The notes beneath the pieces are model-generated. The model worked only from the letters and a program-made list of their open reading frames with translations. It did no database searches and had not been told where the DNA came from. The position numbers and the translations under genes are program-made. From Oligoflexia bacterium (GTDB lineage: Bacteria; Bdellovibrionota; UBA1018), in NCBI GenBank assembly GCA_023700925.1, contig JAMPXZ010000002.1:1-47718 (forward strand): a DNA stretch of 47,718 bases, in the 5' to 3' direction. This document shows, piece after piece, positions 19,730 through 27,986 of this stretch; positions within the stretch are counted from its first letter, which is position 1; each line of letters begins with the position of its first letter.

Positions 19730-20914
19730 TTAGCAGAGCTCCAAACCCGCTTTCAGATCCGCGATCAGCTCATCCGCGTTTTCGATGCCGACGGAAACCC
19801 GGATCAGACCGTCGGTGATCTTCGCCTGAAGCCTTTGTTCCCGGCCCATGCTCGCGTGAGTCATCGAGGCCGGATGTTGAATCAGGCTCTCCACGCCCCC
19901 CAGACTCACGGCGAGCTGAAAGAGCTTCACCGAGTTCATCAGCGTCTTGCCCGCTTCGAGGCCACCGCGGAGCTCGCAGGCGATCATCGCGCCGGCGCCT
20001 TTCATCTGTTTCTGCGCCAGCTCGTACTGCGCAAAGCTCCGTAGTCCGGGGTACGCGACCCACGCCACCTTGGAATGTCCCTCGAGGAACCGTGCCACCT
20101 TGAGCGAGTTCTCACTCGAGCGCTGCAGCCGGAGTTCCAGCGTCTTCAATCCCCGATGAACGAGAAAAGAGTTGAACGGATCGATCACGCCGCCGGTTTG
20201 ATTCAGAATCTTGCGGAACTGGCGGTAACGAGCCTCATCCTTCACGACCACGACGCCGGCGACGACGTCAGCATGACCGTTGAGGAACTTGGTCATACTG
20301 TGAAGGATGACATCCGCGCCGAGCTCGAACGGCCGCTGAAGCAGCGGACTCATGAACGTGTTATCCACGACGACGAGCGCGCCGCCGCGATGCGCGATCT
20401 CGGAGACCTTCTGGATATCGGTCAGCACGAGCGTGGGGTTGCCCGGCGTTTCCACGTAAACGACCTTGGTATTGGGTTTCATCGCCCGTTCGACGTTTTC
20501 CGGAACCGAAGTGTCGACGAAGTCAGTCTGCACGCCGAACTTCCCGAAAATCCCGGAAAGAAGCGTTGTCGTCGGACCGTAAACCGACTCCGAGCAGATC
20601 ACGTGATCGCCAGCCGAGAGCAGCGCGGCGAAAACCGTGTGGACCGCAGCCATTCCGCTCGCGCAGCCCAGGGCATGAGAACCGCCCTCGATCACCGCAA
20701 TGGCCTTCTCCATCGCCTCGACCGTCGGATTCCGCATCCGCGAGTAGATGTAACCATCCTCCTCGCCTTTGAAGAGGCGCGCGCCGTGATCGACGTCCTT
20801 GAAGCGGAACGTGGAGGTTTGATAGATCGGCGGCACTACGCTGCCGAACTCGTACTCGTCGATCCCCGCGTGAACCAGCTGTGTCTCGATCGTGAAATCC
20901 CGGATGGTTTGCAT
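19730..20914 (-). CDS. mgl: Methionine gamma-lyase (Cys/Met-metabolism PLP-dependent enzyme family)
   Basis: LFKGEEDGYIYSRMRNPT, PLP-lysine motif HSMTKFLNGHADVVAG, YPGLRSFAQYELAQKQM and SLGGVESLIQHPASMTHA. Closely follows the MGL pattern, but another gamma-family enzyme is not excluded. Confidence 0.8.
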   Translation of the reverse strand: MQTIRDFTIETQLVHAGIDEYEFGSVVPPIYQTSTFRFKDVDHGARLFKGEEDGYIYSRMRNPTVEAMEKAIAVIEGGSHALGCASGMAAVHTVFAALLSAGDHVICSESVYGPTTTLLSGIFGKFGVQTDFVDTSVPENVERAMKPNTKVVYVETPGNPTLVLTDIQKVSEIAHRGGALVVVDNTFMSPLLQRPFELGADVILHSMTKFLNGHADVVAGVVVVKDEARYRQFRKILNQTGGVIDPFNSFLVHRGLKTLELRLQRSSENSLKVARFLEGHSKVAWVAYPGLRSFAQYELAQKQMKGAGAMIACELRGGLEAGKTLMNSVKLFQLAVSLGGVESLIQHPASMTHASMGREQRLQAKITDGLIRVSVGIENADELIADLKAGLELC

Positions 20915-20980
20915 GAATGCTCCTTCAGACGGACGGACATATGCCCGCCAGCCGGAAGGAGCAAGCGCTTACCGATCAAC

Positions 20981-21448
20981 TCAGCGGTCGGATTTCGCGA
21001 GCAGTGCCGCGGCCCGCGAGATCAGGCCTCCGCTCAGCGACGGACTTGCGCCGGGCGTGGGACTGGCACCGGGCCCCGCCACGACCTCCATTTGCGCCAC
21101 ATCAGGAAGCGAGAGACCTGCGGGACCTTCGAAGATCATTCCGCAGGCCGGCTGATCGTTCGTGCAGGAGTTGGTCTTGATGCACAGAAGAGGTCCGTCG
21201 GTACCGACGGTAAGGTCGCAGCCGGTATCCGTGCGGTCAGCCGCCTCTTCGGTGAACTGCATGCTTTCCACCAGAAGACCACTCAACGACGGACTGAAGC
21301 GAAGGACGTAAACGGCCGGCGCGGCGCCGGGACTGGGCGAAGGCGTTGGAGTCGGCGATGTCTGCGCCGTGGCCCCGTAACCAAACAGAACAGCAGCCAG
21401 GGCGGCACAGCCGAGCGATCCAGCAGCGAACAGGCTAAGTTTTTTCAC
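20981..21448 (-). CDS. Hypothetical secreted protein (Pro/Thr/Ser-rich linker, Cys-containing core)
   Basis: GTG start with GGAGGGG 8 nt upstream. Signal peptide MKKLSLFAAGSLGCAALAAVLFG. Confidence 0.6.
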   Translation of the reverse strand: MKKLSLFAAGSLGCAALAAVLFGYGATAQTSPTPTPSPSPGAAPAVYVLRFSPSLSGLLVESMQFTEEAADRTDTGCDLTVGTDGPLLCIKTNSCTNDQPACGMIFEGPAGLSLPDVAQMEVVAGPGASPTPGASPSLSGGLISRAAALLAKSDR

Positions 21449-21528
21449 GAATAACCCCTCCTTCAGGAGATGAAACGGACACTAGCCGCCCAACGTCCTA
21501 GGAATGGGTGCACGTTTGAGGCCCGAGG

Positions 21529-22341
21529 CTAGAACCCCGCTTCACCCTCGTCGTCGAAATCACGCTTGATCGAGTCGATCAGGGAGTCGACGTTCTCGCC
21601 TTCGGACTCGAAGTCGTCCACCGACTCATCGAGATCGAGGTCATAGATCACCTTGGCGAAATCCTTGTCGCTCGCAAGGTCCTGACGAATCGCCTCAAGG
21701 TATTTGTCGGGATATTTGGCGACCAGCTCTTCGATATACTGGTTGAGCTTGCCTTCCTTGAGGATCACTTCCTTGCGTTTGATCTTTTTCCAATTCTTGA
21801 TGTAGTGCAGGCGGCAGTAGCCGCCCGAGGTCGCCAGGCCTTCGCAGGCGACTTCGCGGCAGACCGACTCGGGGTCGACGGCCGGCGCCTTGGCCAGGGC
21901 TCTGGCCTCCTTGGCGGCCTTACCCTTGAGTGCGGTAGCCGGAACCGCGGGCTTCGCGACTGGGGCTACGGGCTTCGCGGCTGCACCCTTCAGCGGCGGC
22001 TTGGTGGCCGCCTTCGTGGGCTGAGGCGCCGGAGCGGCTTTGGCGCCGCCCTTCTTGCCCGCTGGCGCGGGAGCGGGAACGACCTGTTTTCCGGCCTTGG
22101 TCTGAGCCGCCACGTGGCCATTCTTTGCCGGTTTGGTGCCGTTCTTGGTCGCCGCAACCTTCGCGGATTTGACCGTGGGCACTTTGGCCGCCGCCGGCTT
22201 GGCCGGTTTGACCGCCTTGGTCTTGCTTTCCGGTTTTTTCTTGCCGAAGAGGGCTTCCTTGATCGAGGTCAGCTTGGAGCCCTTCTTCGCTGCCGACTTG
22301 GGCGCGTGCTTGGCGGCGGGCTTGGAAATTTTCTTGGCCAT
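21529..22341 (-). CDS. Histone-H1-like Lys/Ala/Pro-rich protein with C-terminal Cys3His domain and acidic tail
   Basis: ATG 22341 gives MAKKISKPAAKHAPKSAAKKGSK. About 155 aa of K/A/P repeats (21874-22341) is followed by C-x4-C-x9-C-x2-H (VCREVACEGLATSGGYCRLHY, 21805-21861), a helical segment, and a D/E-rich end. Confidence 0.75.
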   Translation of the reverse strand: MAKKISKPAAKHAPKSAAKKGSKLTSIKEALFGKKKPESKTKAVKPAKPAAAKVPTVKSAKVAATKNGTKPAKNGHVAAQTKAGKQVVPAPAPAGKKGGAKAAPAPQPTKAATKPPLKGAAAKPVAPVAKPAVPATALKGKAAKEARALAKAPAVDPESVCREVACEGLATSGGYCRLHYIKNWKKIKRKEVILKEGKLNQYIEELVAKYPDKYLEAIRQDLASDKDFAKVIYDLDLDESVDDFESEGENVDSLIDSIKRDFDDEGEAGF

Positions 22342-22476
22342 TCCTATAGGTCCCCTGATGTGACTGCGAAAATCCTGTGGTACGTTGTTTGGGTGCCACG
22401 CCGCAATAGCGCCGTCAAGAATTTTTCTCGAATAAGCTCGCCGCCTTTGGGTCGTCAGCGCCTCAGCGCCGGGCTC

Positions 22477-23490
22477 GTGGATCTGCACTTTCACGGGGCG
22501 TTCGGAATCGACCTCATGACCGCTTCAGAAAGCGAGCTTGAACGCTTGGCCGAGCAGTTGGGCGCCCACGGGATCGCCGCCTTCTGCCCGACGACGCTGT
22601 CGGACACCCCGGCGCGACTCCACACGGCGGTCAGCCGCCTTGGCCGGTGGATCTCGGGTCGCGCGACTCAGGCCAAGCGCTCCCCGGCCGCGCTCCCCCT
22701 GGGAATCCATCTCGAAGGCCCGTTCCTGCACCCGGAGGCCTGCGGCGCTCACCCGCCCTCCACCATCCGGACCCTTACGCTTACGGAGCTCGATAGCCTT
22801 TGGAAAGCGAGCCAAGGCACTCTCAAGATCCTCACCGTTGCTCCGGAGACCCTGGCACCGGCCCTCCTCAGGAAGCTCGTGGCCTGGTGCCGGCGCCGCC
22901 GGATCATTCTTTCACTCGGCCACTCGCGCGCCACCGAAGCCCAGGCCCAGGCCGCCTTCGAGGCCGGCTTCACCGGCGTGACCCATGCCTGGAACGCGCT
23001 TGCGTTTCACCATCGCTCGGCCGGCCCCCTGGGCGCCGCGCTGGGGCGCAAGGACGTTTACGTCGAGCTCATCCCTGACCTCGCCCATGTGAGCGCGACG
23101 CTGATTCGCTGGACCCGCCGTCTCCATGAAGGCTGCCCCGTCTGCTTCGTATCCGACGCCGTACCGGCCACGGGAACCCACGGGGAGTGGCAGCCCTTCG
23201 GCCCCCTGAAGGTCCGCTTCGAAAAAAATGCCTCGCGCCTTCCCGACGGCGCCTTGGCGGGAGGGGGGCTGCTGCTCAGCGAATCCTTCGGACGCTGGGT
23301 GCTCCGCGAGGCCACCGAGACCGGCCGTCCCGCGAGCGAAATCCTGAAGGAAGCCCTTCCCTGCGTGACCTCCGCCCCTCTTCGCGCGCTCGGTCTCAAG
23401 GCGTCACTGCTGGGCGCCCGCCGCGTCCGTTGGACCGTCTCGGACCGCGCGATCTCCTTGGAATGCGTTGCACAATCCCATAGATGTTAG
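22477..23490 (+). CDS. nagA: N-acetylglucosamine-6-phosphate deacetylase, short N-terminus
   Basis: LVDLHFHGAFGIDLM (metal-binding HxH), LGIHLEGPFL, LSLGHSRAT, VTHAWNAL and FVSDAVPATG. The real start is uncertain (GTG 22477 or TTG 22447). The rest of track ORF 21805-23490 is antisense shadow of the H1-like gene. Confidence 0.8.
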   Translation: MDLHFHGAFGIDLMTASESELERLAEQLGAHGIAAFCPTTLSDTPARLHTAVSRLGRWISGRATQAKRSPAALPLGIHLEGPFLHPEACGAHPPSTIRTLTLTELDSLWKASQGTLKILTVAPETLAPALLRKLVAWCRRRRIILSLGHSRATEAQAQAAFEAGFTGVTHAWNALAFHHRSAGPLGAALGRKDVYVELIPDLAHVSATLIRWTRRLHEGCPVCFVSDAVPATGTHGEWQPFGPLKVRFEKNASRLPDGALAGGGLLLSESFGRWVLREATETGRPASEILKEALPCVTSAPLRALGLKASLLGARRVRWTVSDRAISLECVAQSHRC

Positions 23491-23493
23491 CGG

Positions 23494-23522
23494 TTGACTC
23501 AGCGCTTAAGCCCGGCTAATGT
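23494..23522 (+). promoter_or_regulatory. Sigma70-like promoter of the yceD-rpmF operon
   Basis: TTGACT (23494-23499), a 17-nt spacer, then TAATGT (23517-23522), ~70 nt upstream of ATG 23595. Confidence 0.45.
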
Positions 23523-23594
23523 CCTGCCCTCTGTTAACTCCGGTGGGCAACTGCGCGTAGTCATGCGCCGAAACCGGGGTCAGCGGTTGGAAAT

Positions 23595-24221
23595 ATGAGA
23601 ATTCATTTACGCGAAATCACCGATCAGGAGACCGAGCTCGATTTCACCCAGGCTGACAAATGGGTGATCGACGCGGTCCAGAGCGTGGACGAGGACAAGA
23701 CTCCCTCTCCCGCGCCGGCGTCCCTGCGTCCGGTGAGAGCGCACTTCAGCCTCCGGAAGGTCGACGACGTGATCGTCGTCTCCGGCGACGTCGACACGCA
23801 GCTGAGGCTCCTTTGCAGCCGCTGCGCGAACGCCTACCCTCTGGACTGTTCCGCTCACTTTTCAGGGCTTTACTGCCGCGACCCGGCGATGGCCGGGGTG
23901 GGACACCTCGAGGGCGCGGGCAAGCCCGCGGGCCAGAACAAGGGGTTCGCGCGGCATGCTCACGATTTCGAGGCCAGCGACGCCGAAAGCGGCGGCTCCG
24001 ACCTGGATATCACCTACCTTTCACAAGATTTCATTGACCTGGGCGAAGTTCTGACCGAACAGTTACGGCTTCAGCTCCCGTTCCAACCCCTTTGCCAGGA
24101 ATCCTGCAAGGGGATCTGCGCCAACTGTGGCGCGGACCAGAACACGGGGCGATGCGCGTGCTCGAAGATCAGGCCGACGTCGCCGTTTTCGGCGCTGCGC
24201 AACTTCAAGGCAGGGTCTTGA
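23595..24221 (+). CDS. yceD: YceD/DUF177-family protein (large ribosomal subunit accumulation protein)
   Basis: Conserved position upstream of rpmF. Cys pairs LLCSRCANAY and CQESCKGICANCGADQNTGRCAC are typical of DUF177. Confidence 0.85.
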   Translation: MRIHLREITDQETELDFTQADKWVIDAVQSVDEDKTPSPAPASLRPVRAHFSLRKVDDVIVVSGDVDTQLRLLCSRCANAYPLDCSAHFSGLYCRDPAMAGVGHLEGAGKPAGQNKGFARHAHDFEASDAESGGSDLDITYLSQDFIDLGEVLTEQLRLQLPFQPLCQESCKGICANCGADQNTGRCACSKIRPTSPFSALRNFKAGS

Positions 24222-24269
24222 ATTAACCCGTTAGTAACCGCTTTAAAGAAAGTTTAAGGAGAAAGAACC

Positions 24270-24467
24270 ATGGCAACCCCGAAGAAAAAGATTTCCCGCA
24301 GCCGCCGCAACATGCGCCGCTTCGCCGCCGGCAACGCGCTGGAGAAGACGACGACCACCACGTGCCCGGCCTGCAGCGACCTCAAGCGCCCGCACCGCGT
24401 CTGCGCCTGCGGCCACTATGATGGCAAGGCCGTGCTTCCTTCGAAGAAAGCCGAGATCCAGGCCTGA
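24270..24467 (+). CDS. rpmF: 50S ribosomal protein L32
   Basis: MATPKKKISRSRRNMRR...CPACSDLKRPHRVCACGHYDGK. AAGGAG RBS. Confidence 0.95.
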   Translation: MATPKKKISRSRRNMRRFAAGNALEKTTTTTCPACSDLKRPHRVCACGHYDGKAVLPSKKAEIQA

Positions 24468-24481
24468 TTCAGTGGGAATGC

Positions 24482-24515
24482 CAGGGGCCTCACGGCCCCT
24501 GATCCCTTTCTTTCC
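24482..24515 (+). terminator. Rho-independent terminator after rpmF
   Basis: caggggcc-tcac-ggcccctg gives an 8-bp GC stem (24482-24501). It is followed by the T-rich atccctttctttcc. Confidence 0.6.
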
Positions 24516-24747
24516 ATGAAGAAAAGCCTGCTTTCCTTCATTCCCACGGACCGGCTCGGCCGGACCCTTCGCCTGCACGCGACCCGCTCGGCTTCGGTGG
24601 CACGGCTGAAGTTCCTGAGTTGGCGAATCCACTACGACAGCCTGGCCTGCGGTTCCGCATGGCTGAGCCAATCCCCCCGCAACCGACGTCTTTCCCTGCC
24701 AGGGAGCCTGCGCGCATCGTGAGCTCACCTCGGCGTCCAGGAGACCT

Positions 24748-25770
24748 ATGAGCACTCACGCGCAGTATGGTCCGCAGTACGCTTCCAAAATCACGGGCAC
24801 CGGTTCCGCATTCCCTCAAAGAGTGGTGACCAACGAGGAGCTGATGAAGACCCTCGACACCAACAACGAGTGGATCCTCGAGCGCACGGGCATCCGTGAG
24901 CGCCGCATCTCGCGCCCAGGCGACCCCTCGGAGACCAACTCCTCGCTCGCCTGTCAGGCAGCGTTGCGAGCGCTCGAGATGGCGGGCAAACGCCCCGAAG
25001 ACATCGACATGCTGCTGTTCTGCTCGGTGTCGCCGGATACTCCGGTGCCGATCTCCTCATGCTGGCTCCAGAAGAAGCTCGGCGCCACGCGCGCGTGGGG
25101 CATGGATCTCAACGCGGCCTGCTCGAGCTGGGTCTACGGCCTGGTGACCGCCGATCAGTTCATCCGCTCAGGCTACGTCAAGACCGCCCTGGTCGTGGGC
25201 TCCGAGGTACTGAGCACGATGACCAACTGGGAGGACCGCACCTCGGCGATCCTCTTCGGCGACGCCGCCGGAGCGGCGATCCTCGAGCGCACCTCCCCCG
25301 AGTCCCCGCATCGCATTCTGTCGAGCCATCTCGGCATGGATGGCAGCTATTACGAGCTTTTCAGCGTCGTGGCCGGCGGCTCGAACATGGAGGTGACTCC
25401 CGAAGCCCATGCTCAGAAGCTCGACAAGATGAACATGAAGGGCCGCGAGATCTTCAAGGTCGCCGTCAAGACGCTGGCCGACTACGCGACCAAAGCGGTG
25501 GAGGCCCAGGGGCTCAAGCTCTCGGACATCGACTGGGTGATCCCGCATCAGGCGAATCTCCGGATTATCGAAGCCGTCGCCAAGCGCCTCGACCTGCCCA
25601 TGGACCGCGTCCTCGTGAACGTGGATCGCTACGGCAACACCTCGTCCGCCACCACGCCGACGATGCTTGACGAGGCGGTGCGTGACGGCAGGATCAAGCC
25701 GGGCCACATGGTACTGTTCGACGTTTTCGGCGCGGGCCTCACCTTCGGCTCGATGCTGATTCGCTGGTAA
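24748..25770 (+). CDS. fabH: 3-oxoacyl-ACP synthase III
   Basis: Active-site Cys in NAACSSWVYG, His in IPHQANLRI, Asn in YGNTSSAT. AGGAGA RBS. Confidence 0.95.
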   Translation: MSTHAQYGPQYASKITGTGSAFPQRVVTNEELMKTLDTNNEWILERTGIRERRISRPGDPSETNSSLACQAALRALEMAGKRPEDIDMLLFCSVSPDTPVPISSCWLQKKLGATRAWGMDLNAACSSWVYGLVTADQFIRSGYVKTALVVGSEVLSTMTNWEDRTSAILFGDAAGAAILERTSPESPHRILSSHLGMDGSYYELFSVVAGGSNMEVTPEAHAQKLDKMNMKGREIFKVAVKTLADYATKAVEAQGLKLSDIDWVIPHQANLRIIEAVAKRLDLPMDRVLVNVDRYGNTSSATTPTMLDEAVRDGRIKPGHMVLFDVFGAGLTFGSMLIRW

Positions 25771-25797
25771 TCACCGAAACGGAGAAAGGACCGTCAT

Positions 25798-26820
25798 ATG
25801 AAGAAATTCGTAGCGCTTTTTCCCGGTCAGGGCTCCCAGCACGTGGGAATGGCCAAGGATCTCGTAGCCAACTTCCGGGTAGCCGCCGAGGTTTTCGAGG
25901 AGGCCTCCGACGCCACCCAGCTTCATCTGAAGAAGCTGTGCTTTGACGGCCCCGAAAGCGACCTCACGCTGACGGAGAACACGCAGCCCTGTCTGCTTGC
26001 CGCTTCGGTTGCCGCGTTCCGCGTGGTGACGCATGAGCTGGGTTTCCGGCCCTCGGCCGTGGCCGGCCACTCCCTGGGCGAATACTCGGCGCTTGTCGCC
26101 GCGGAGGCCCTGCCGCTGGCGACCGCCGCGCGCTGGGTGCGTGAGCGCGGCCGCGCGATGCAGGCCGCGGTTCCCGCCGGCCAGGGCACGATGGCGGCGG
26201 TTCTCGGCATGGACGACGCGCTCGTCGAGAAGGTCTGCGCGGCGGCCACCGCCCAAGCCAAGGCCAAGCGCGCCTCGGGCGAGAACTCCGAGTTCAGGGT
26301 GGAAGCCGTCGTGGAACCCGCGAACTTCAATGCTCCGGGCCAGATCGTGATCGCGGGCTCCATCGATGCGATCCAGGAAGCGCTTGCCGTGATCAAGAGC
26401 GGCGAGCTGGGCTCGGGCAAGGCGATGCTGCTGCCGGTGAGCGCCCCCTTCCATTGCCGCCTGATGAGCAAGGCCCGCGACCGCATGGCGGAGCTCTTTA
26501 CGCTCGCCACGGGCCCTGAAAAGGCGCGGACGCCGCTTTATCCCTATGTTCCCAATCGCACCGCCCGCCTCACGCAGGAGCCGGGCGCGATCTTCGAGTT
26601 TCTCGTCGAACAGGTCGATCACCCGGTACTGTGGAAGCAGTCCGTGACGACGCTGCTCGAAGCGGACTTCACGGATGCCGTCGAATTCGGTCCGGGCACG
26701 GTCCTCGCCGGCTTGAACAAGCGGATCTCCCGCGAAATCGGCAAACCCTGTGCCTCGCATGGCGTGGCGGATTCGACGGGGCTCAAGGCCCTGGAGACCG
26801 CCCTGAAAGGAACCCCATAA
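25798..26820 (+). CDS. fabD: Malonyl-CoA:ACP transacylase
   Basis: FPGQGSQ, the nucleophile motif GHSLGEYSA, and PVSAPFHC. Confidence 0.95.
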   Translation: MKKFVALFPGQGSQHVGMAKDLVANFRVAAEVFEEASDATQLHLKKLCFDGPESDLTLTENTQPCLLAASVAAFRVVTHELGFRPSAVAGHSLGEYSALVAAEALPLATAARWVRERGRAMQAAVPAGQGTMAAVLGMDDALVEKVCAAATAQAKAKRASGENSEFRVEAVVEPANFNAPGQIVIAGSIDAIQEALAVIKSGELGSGKAMLLPVSAPFHCRLMSKARDRMAELFTLATGPEKARTPLYPYVPNRTARLTQEPGAIFEFLVEQVDHPVLWKQSVTTLLEADFTDAVEFGPGTVLAGLNKRISREIGKPCASHGVADSTGLKALETALKGTP

Positions 26821-27569
26821 TGCAAACCGGCGAAAGAAAACCCATCGCGGTCGTCACCGGCGCCTCGCGCGGAATCGGCGCCGCCATTGCCCTGCGCCTC
26901 GCGCGCGAAGGCTACCACCTCATCCTCAATTACGGTTCGAGCGAGGAGAAGGCGCGCCAGCTCCAGACCCTCATTCAGGCGGGAGGCGGCAAGGCCGAGC
27001 TGTGCCAGTTCGATGTCGCGAATTCGGCGCAGGTGAACGAGAAGTTCGACTGGATCGCCAAGACCTTCGGCAAGGTGAGCGTCCTCGTGAACAACGCCGG
27101 CATCTCGATCGACGGTCTGCTCATCCGGATGAAGGATGAGGACCTCGAAAAGGTGCTGTCCGTGGATCTCAAGGGCGCGATCTACTGCACCCGGGCCGCG
27201 GCAAACCACATGATGCGCGAGCGCAAAGGCAGCATTATCCAGATCTCCTCGGTCATCGGCGAGATGGGCAACGCGGGTCAGGGCGCCTACGCCGCGGCCA
27301 AGGCGGGTCTCATCGGCTTCAGCAAAAGCATCGCAAAAGAGCTGGGAAGCCGCCAGGTCCGGGTCAACGTGGTGACCCCCGGTTTTATCGCCACGGATAT
27401 GACAGGGGTCTTGACTGACGCACAAAAAGAAGACATTCTGCGGACCGTCCCACTCGGATTCTTAGGCGAGCCTGAAGACGTCGCCGCCCTCGTTGCCTTT
27501 CTCGCGTCGCCCGCGAGCCGGTACCTCACCGGACAAGTCATCGGGGTGAACGGTGGGATGTACATGTAG
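26820..27569 (+). CDS. fabG: 3-oxoacyl-ACP reductase
   Basis: The ATG overlaps the fabD TAA (TAATG). TGASRGIG, NNAG and the YAAAKAG catalytic Tyr/Lys motif. The upstream part of track ORF 26631-27569 overlaps fabD and is discounted. Confidence 0.95.
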   Translation: MQTGERKPIAVVTGASRGIGAAIALRLAREGYHLILNYGSSEEKARQLQTLIQAGGGKAELCQFDVANSAQVNEKFDWIAKTFGKVSVLVNNAGISIDGLLIRMKDEDLEKVLSVDLKGAIYCTRAAANHMMRERKGSIIQISSVIGEMGNAGQGAYAAAKAGLIGFSKSIAKELGSRQVRVNVVTPGFIATDMTGVLTDAQKEDILRTVPLGFLGEPEDVAALVAFLASPASRYLTGQVIGVNGGMYM

Positions 27570-27588
27570 TGTTTCGGATTGAGTGTGT

Positions 27589-27620
27589 GACTCCGGTTCC
27601 CCCTTTCAGTTACCGGAGTC
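27589..27620 (+). other. Hairpin in the fabG-acpP spacer
   Basis: gactccggt (27589-27597) pairs with accggagtc (27612-27620), giving a 9-bp stem and 14-nt loop 20 nt after the fabG stop. Confidence 0.35.
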
Positions 27621-27731
27621 GTCAAGGCGGTCCACGGCGTACGCGCCGGGCCCGCGAAGGCTAAAAGCCAAAAAGGTAGCAGAAAGCAGCTGAAAAGCGG
27701 CTGAGCTAAATGAGCTAAAAAGGAGATAGCG

Positions 27732-27974
27732 ATGTCAGCTTCCGTAGAAGAAAGAGTCAAAACGATTATTTGCGATCAACTTGCCGTCGAGCCGGAGAAG
27801 GTCACCCAGACCGCCTCGTTCATCGACGACCTCGGCGCCGACAGCCTCGACATCGTGGAACTCGTCATGACGATGGAAGAAGAGTTCGACCTCGACATTC
27901 CGGATGAAGACGCCGAGAAGATGAAGACCGTCGGCGACGTCATCAAGTACGTCGCTTCCAAGGCTAACAACTAA
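27732..27974 (+). CDS. acpP: Acyl carrier protein
   Basis: [14 protein letters not shown] carries the phosphopantetheine Ser in DSL. 80 aa. AAGGAG RBS. Confidence 0.97.
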   Translation: MSASVEERVKTIICDQLAVEPEKVTQTASFIDDLGADSLDIVELVMTMEEEFDLDIPDEDAEKMKTVGDVIKYVASKANN

Positions 27975-27986
27975 GTCCACAAGAGG

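Noticed and set aside
20075-21454. 459-aa ORF on the plus strand
   Set aside because: It lies antisense to the methionine gamma-lyase gene and to the secreted-protein gene at 20981-21448. The sequence is Arg-rich with no motifs.
21805-22446. N-terminal 210+ residues of the 561-aa track ORF that ends as nagA
   Set aside because: This part is the antisense image of the K/A/P-repeat gene (Gly/Arg/Leu repeats). NagA homology begins only at about 22450-22480.
24596-24625. TGGCAC motif suggesting a sigma54 promoter upstream of fabH
   Set aside because: The -12 element is absent at the required spacing: AAGT sits where TTGC is expected.
24516-24722. 68-aa ORF in the rpmF-fabH spacer
   Set aside because: The ATG lies inside the T-tract of the rpmF terminator, and there is no RBS. 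The peptide is Arg/Ser/Leu-rich with atypical composition. It does not resemble any part of PlsX.
25771-26760. 329-aa minus-strand ORF (with similar ones at 27735-28580 and 29765-31102)
   Set aside because: All lie antisense to fabD, fabF and glyA respectively, each of which has unambiguous catalytic motifs on the plus strand.
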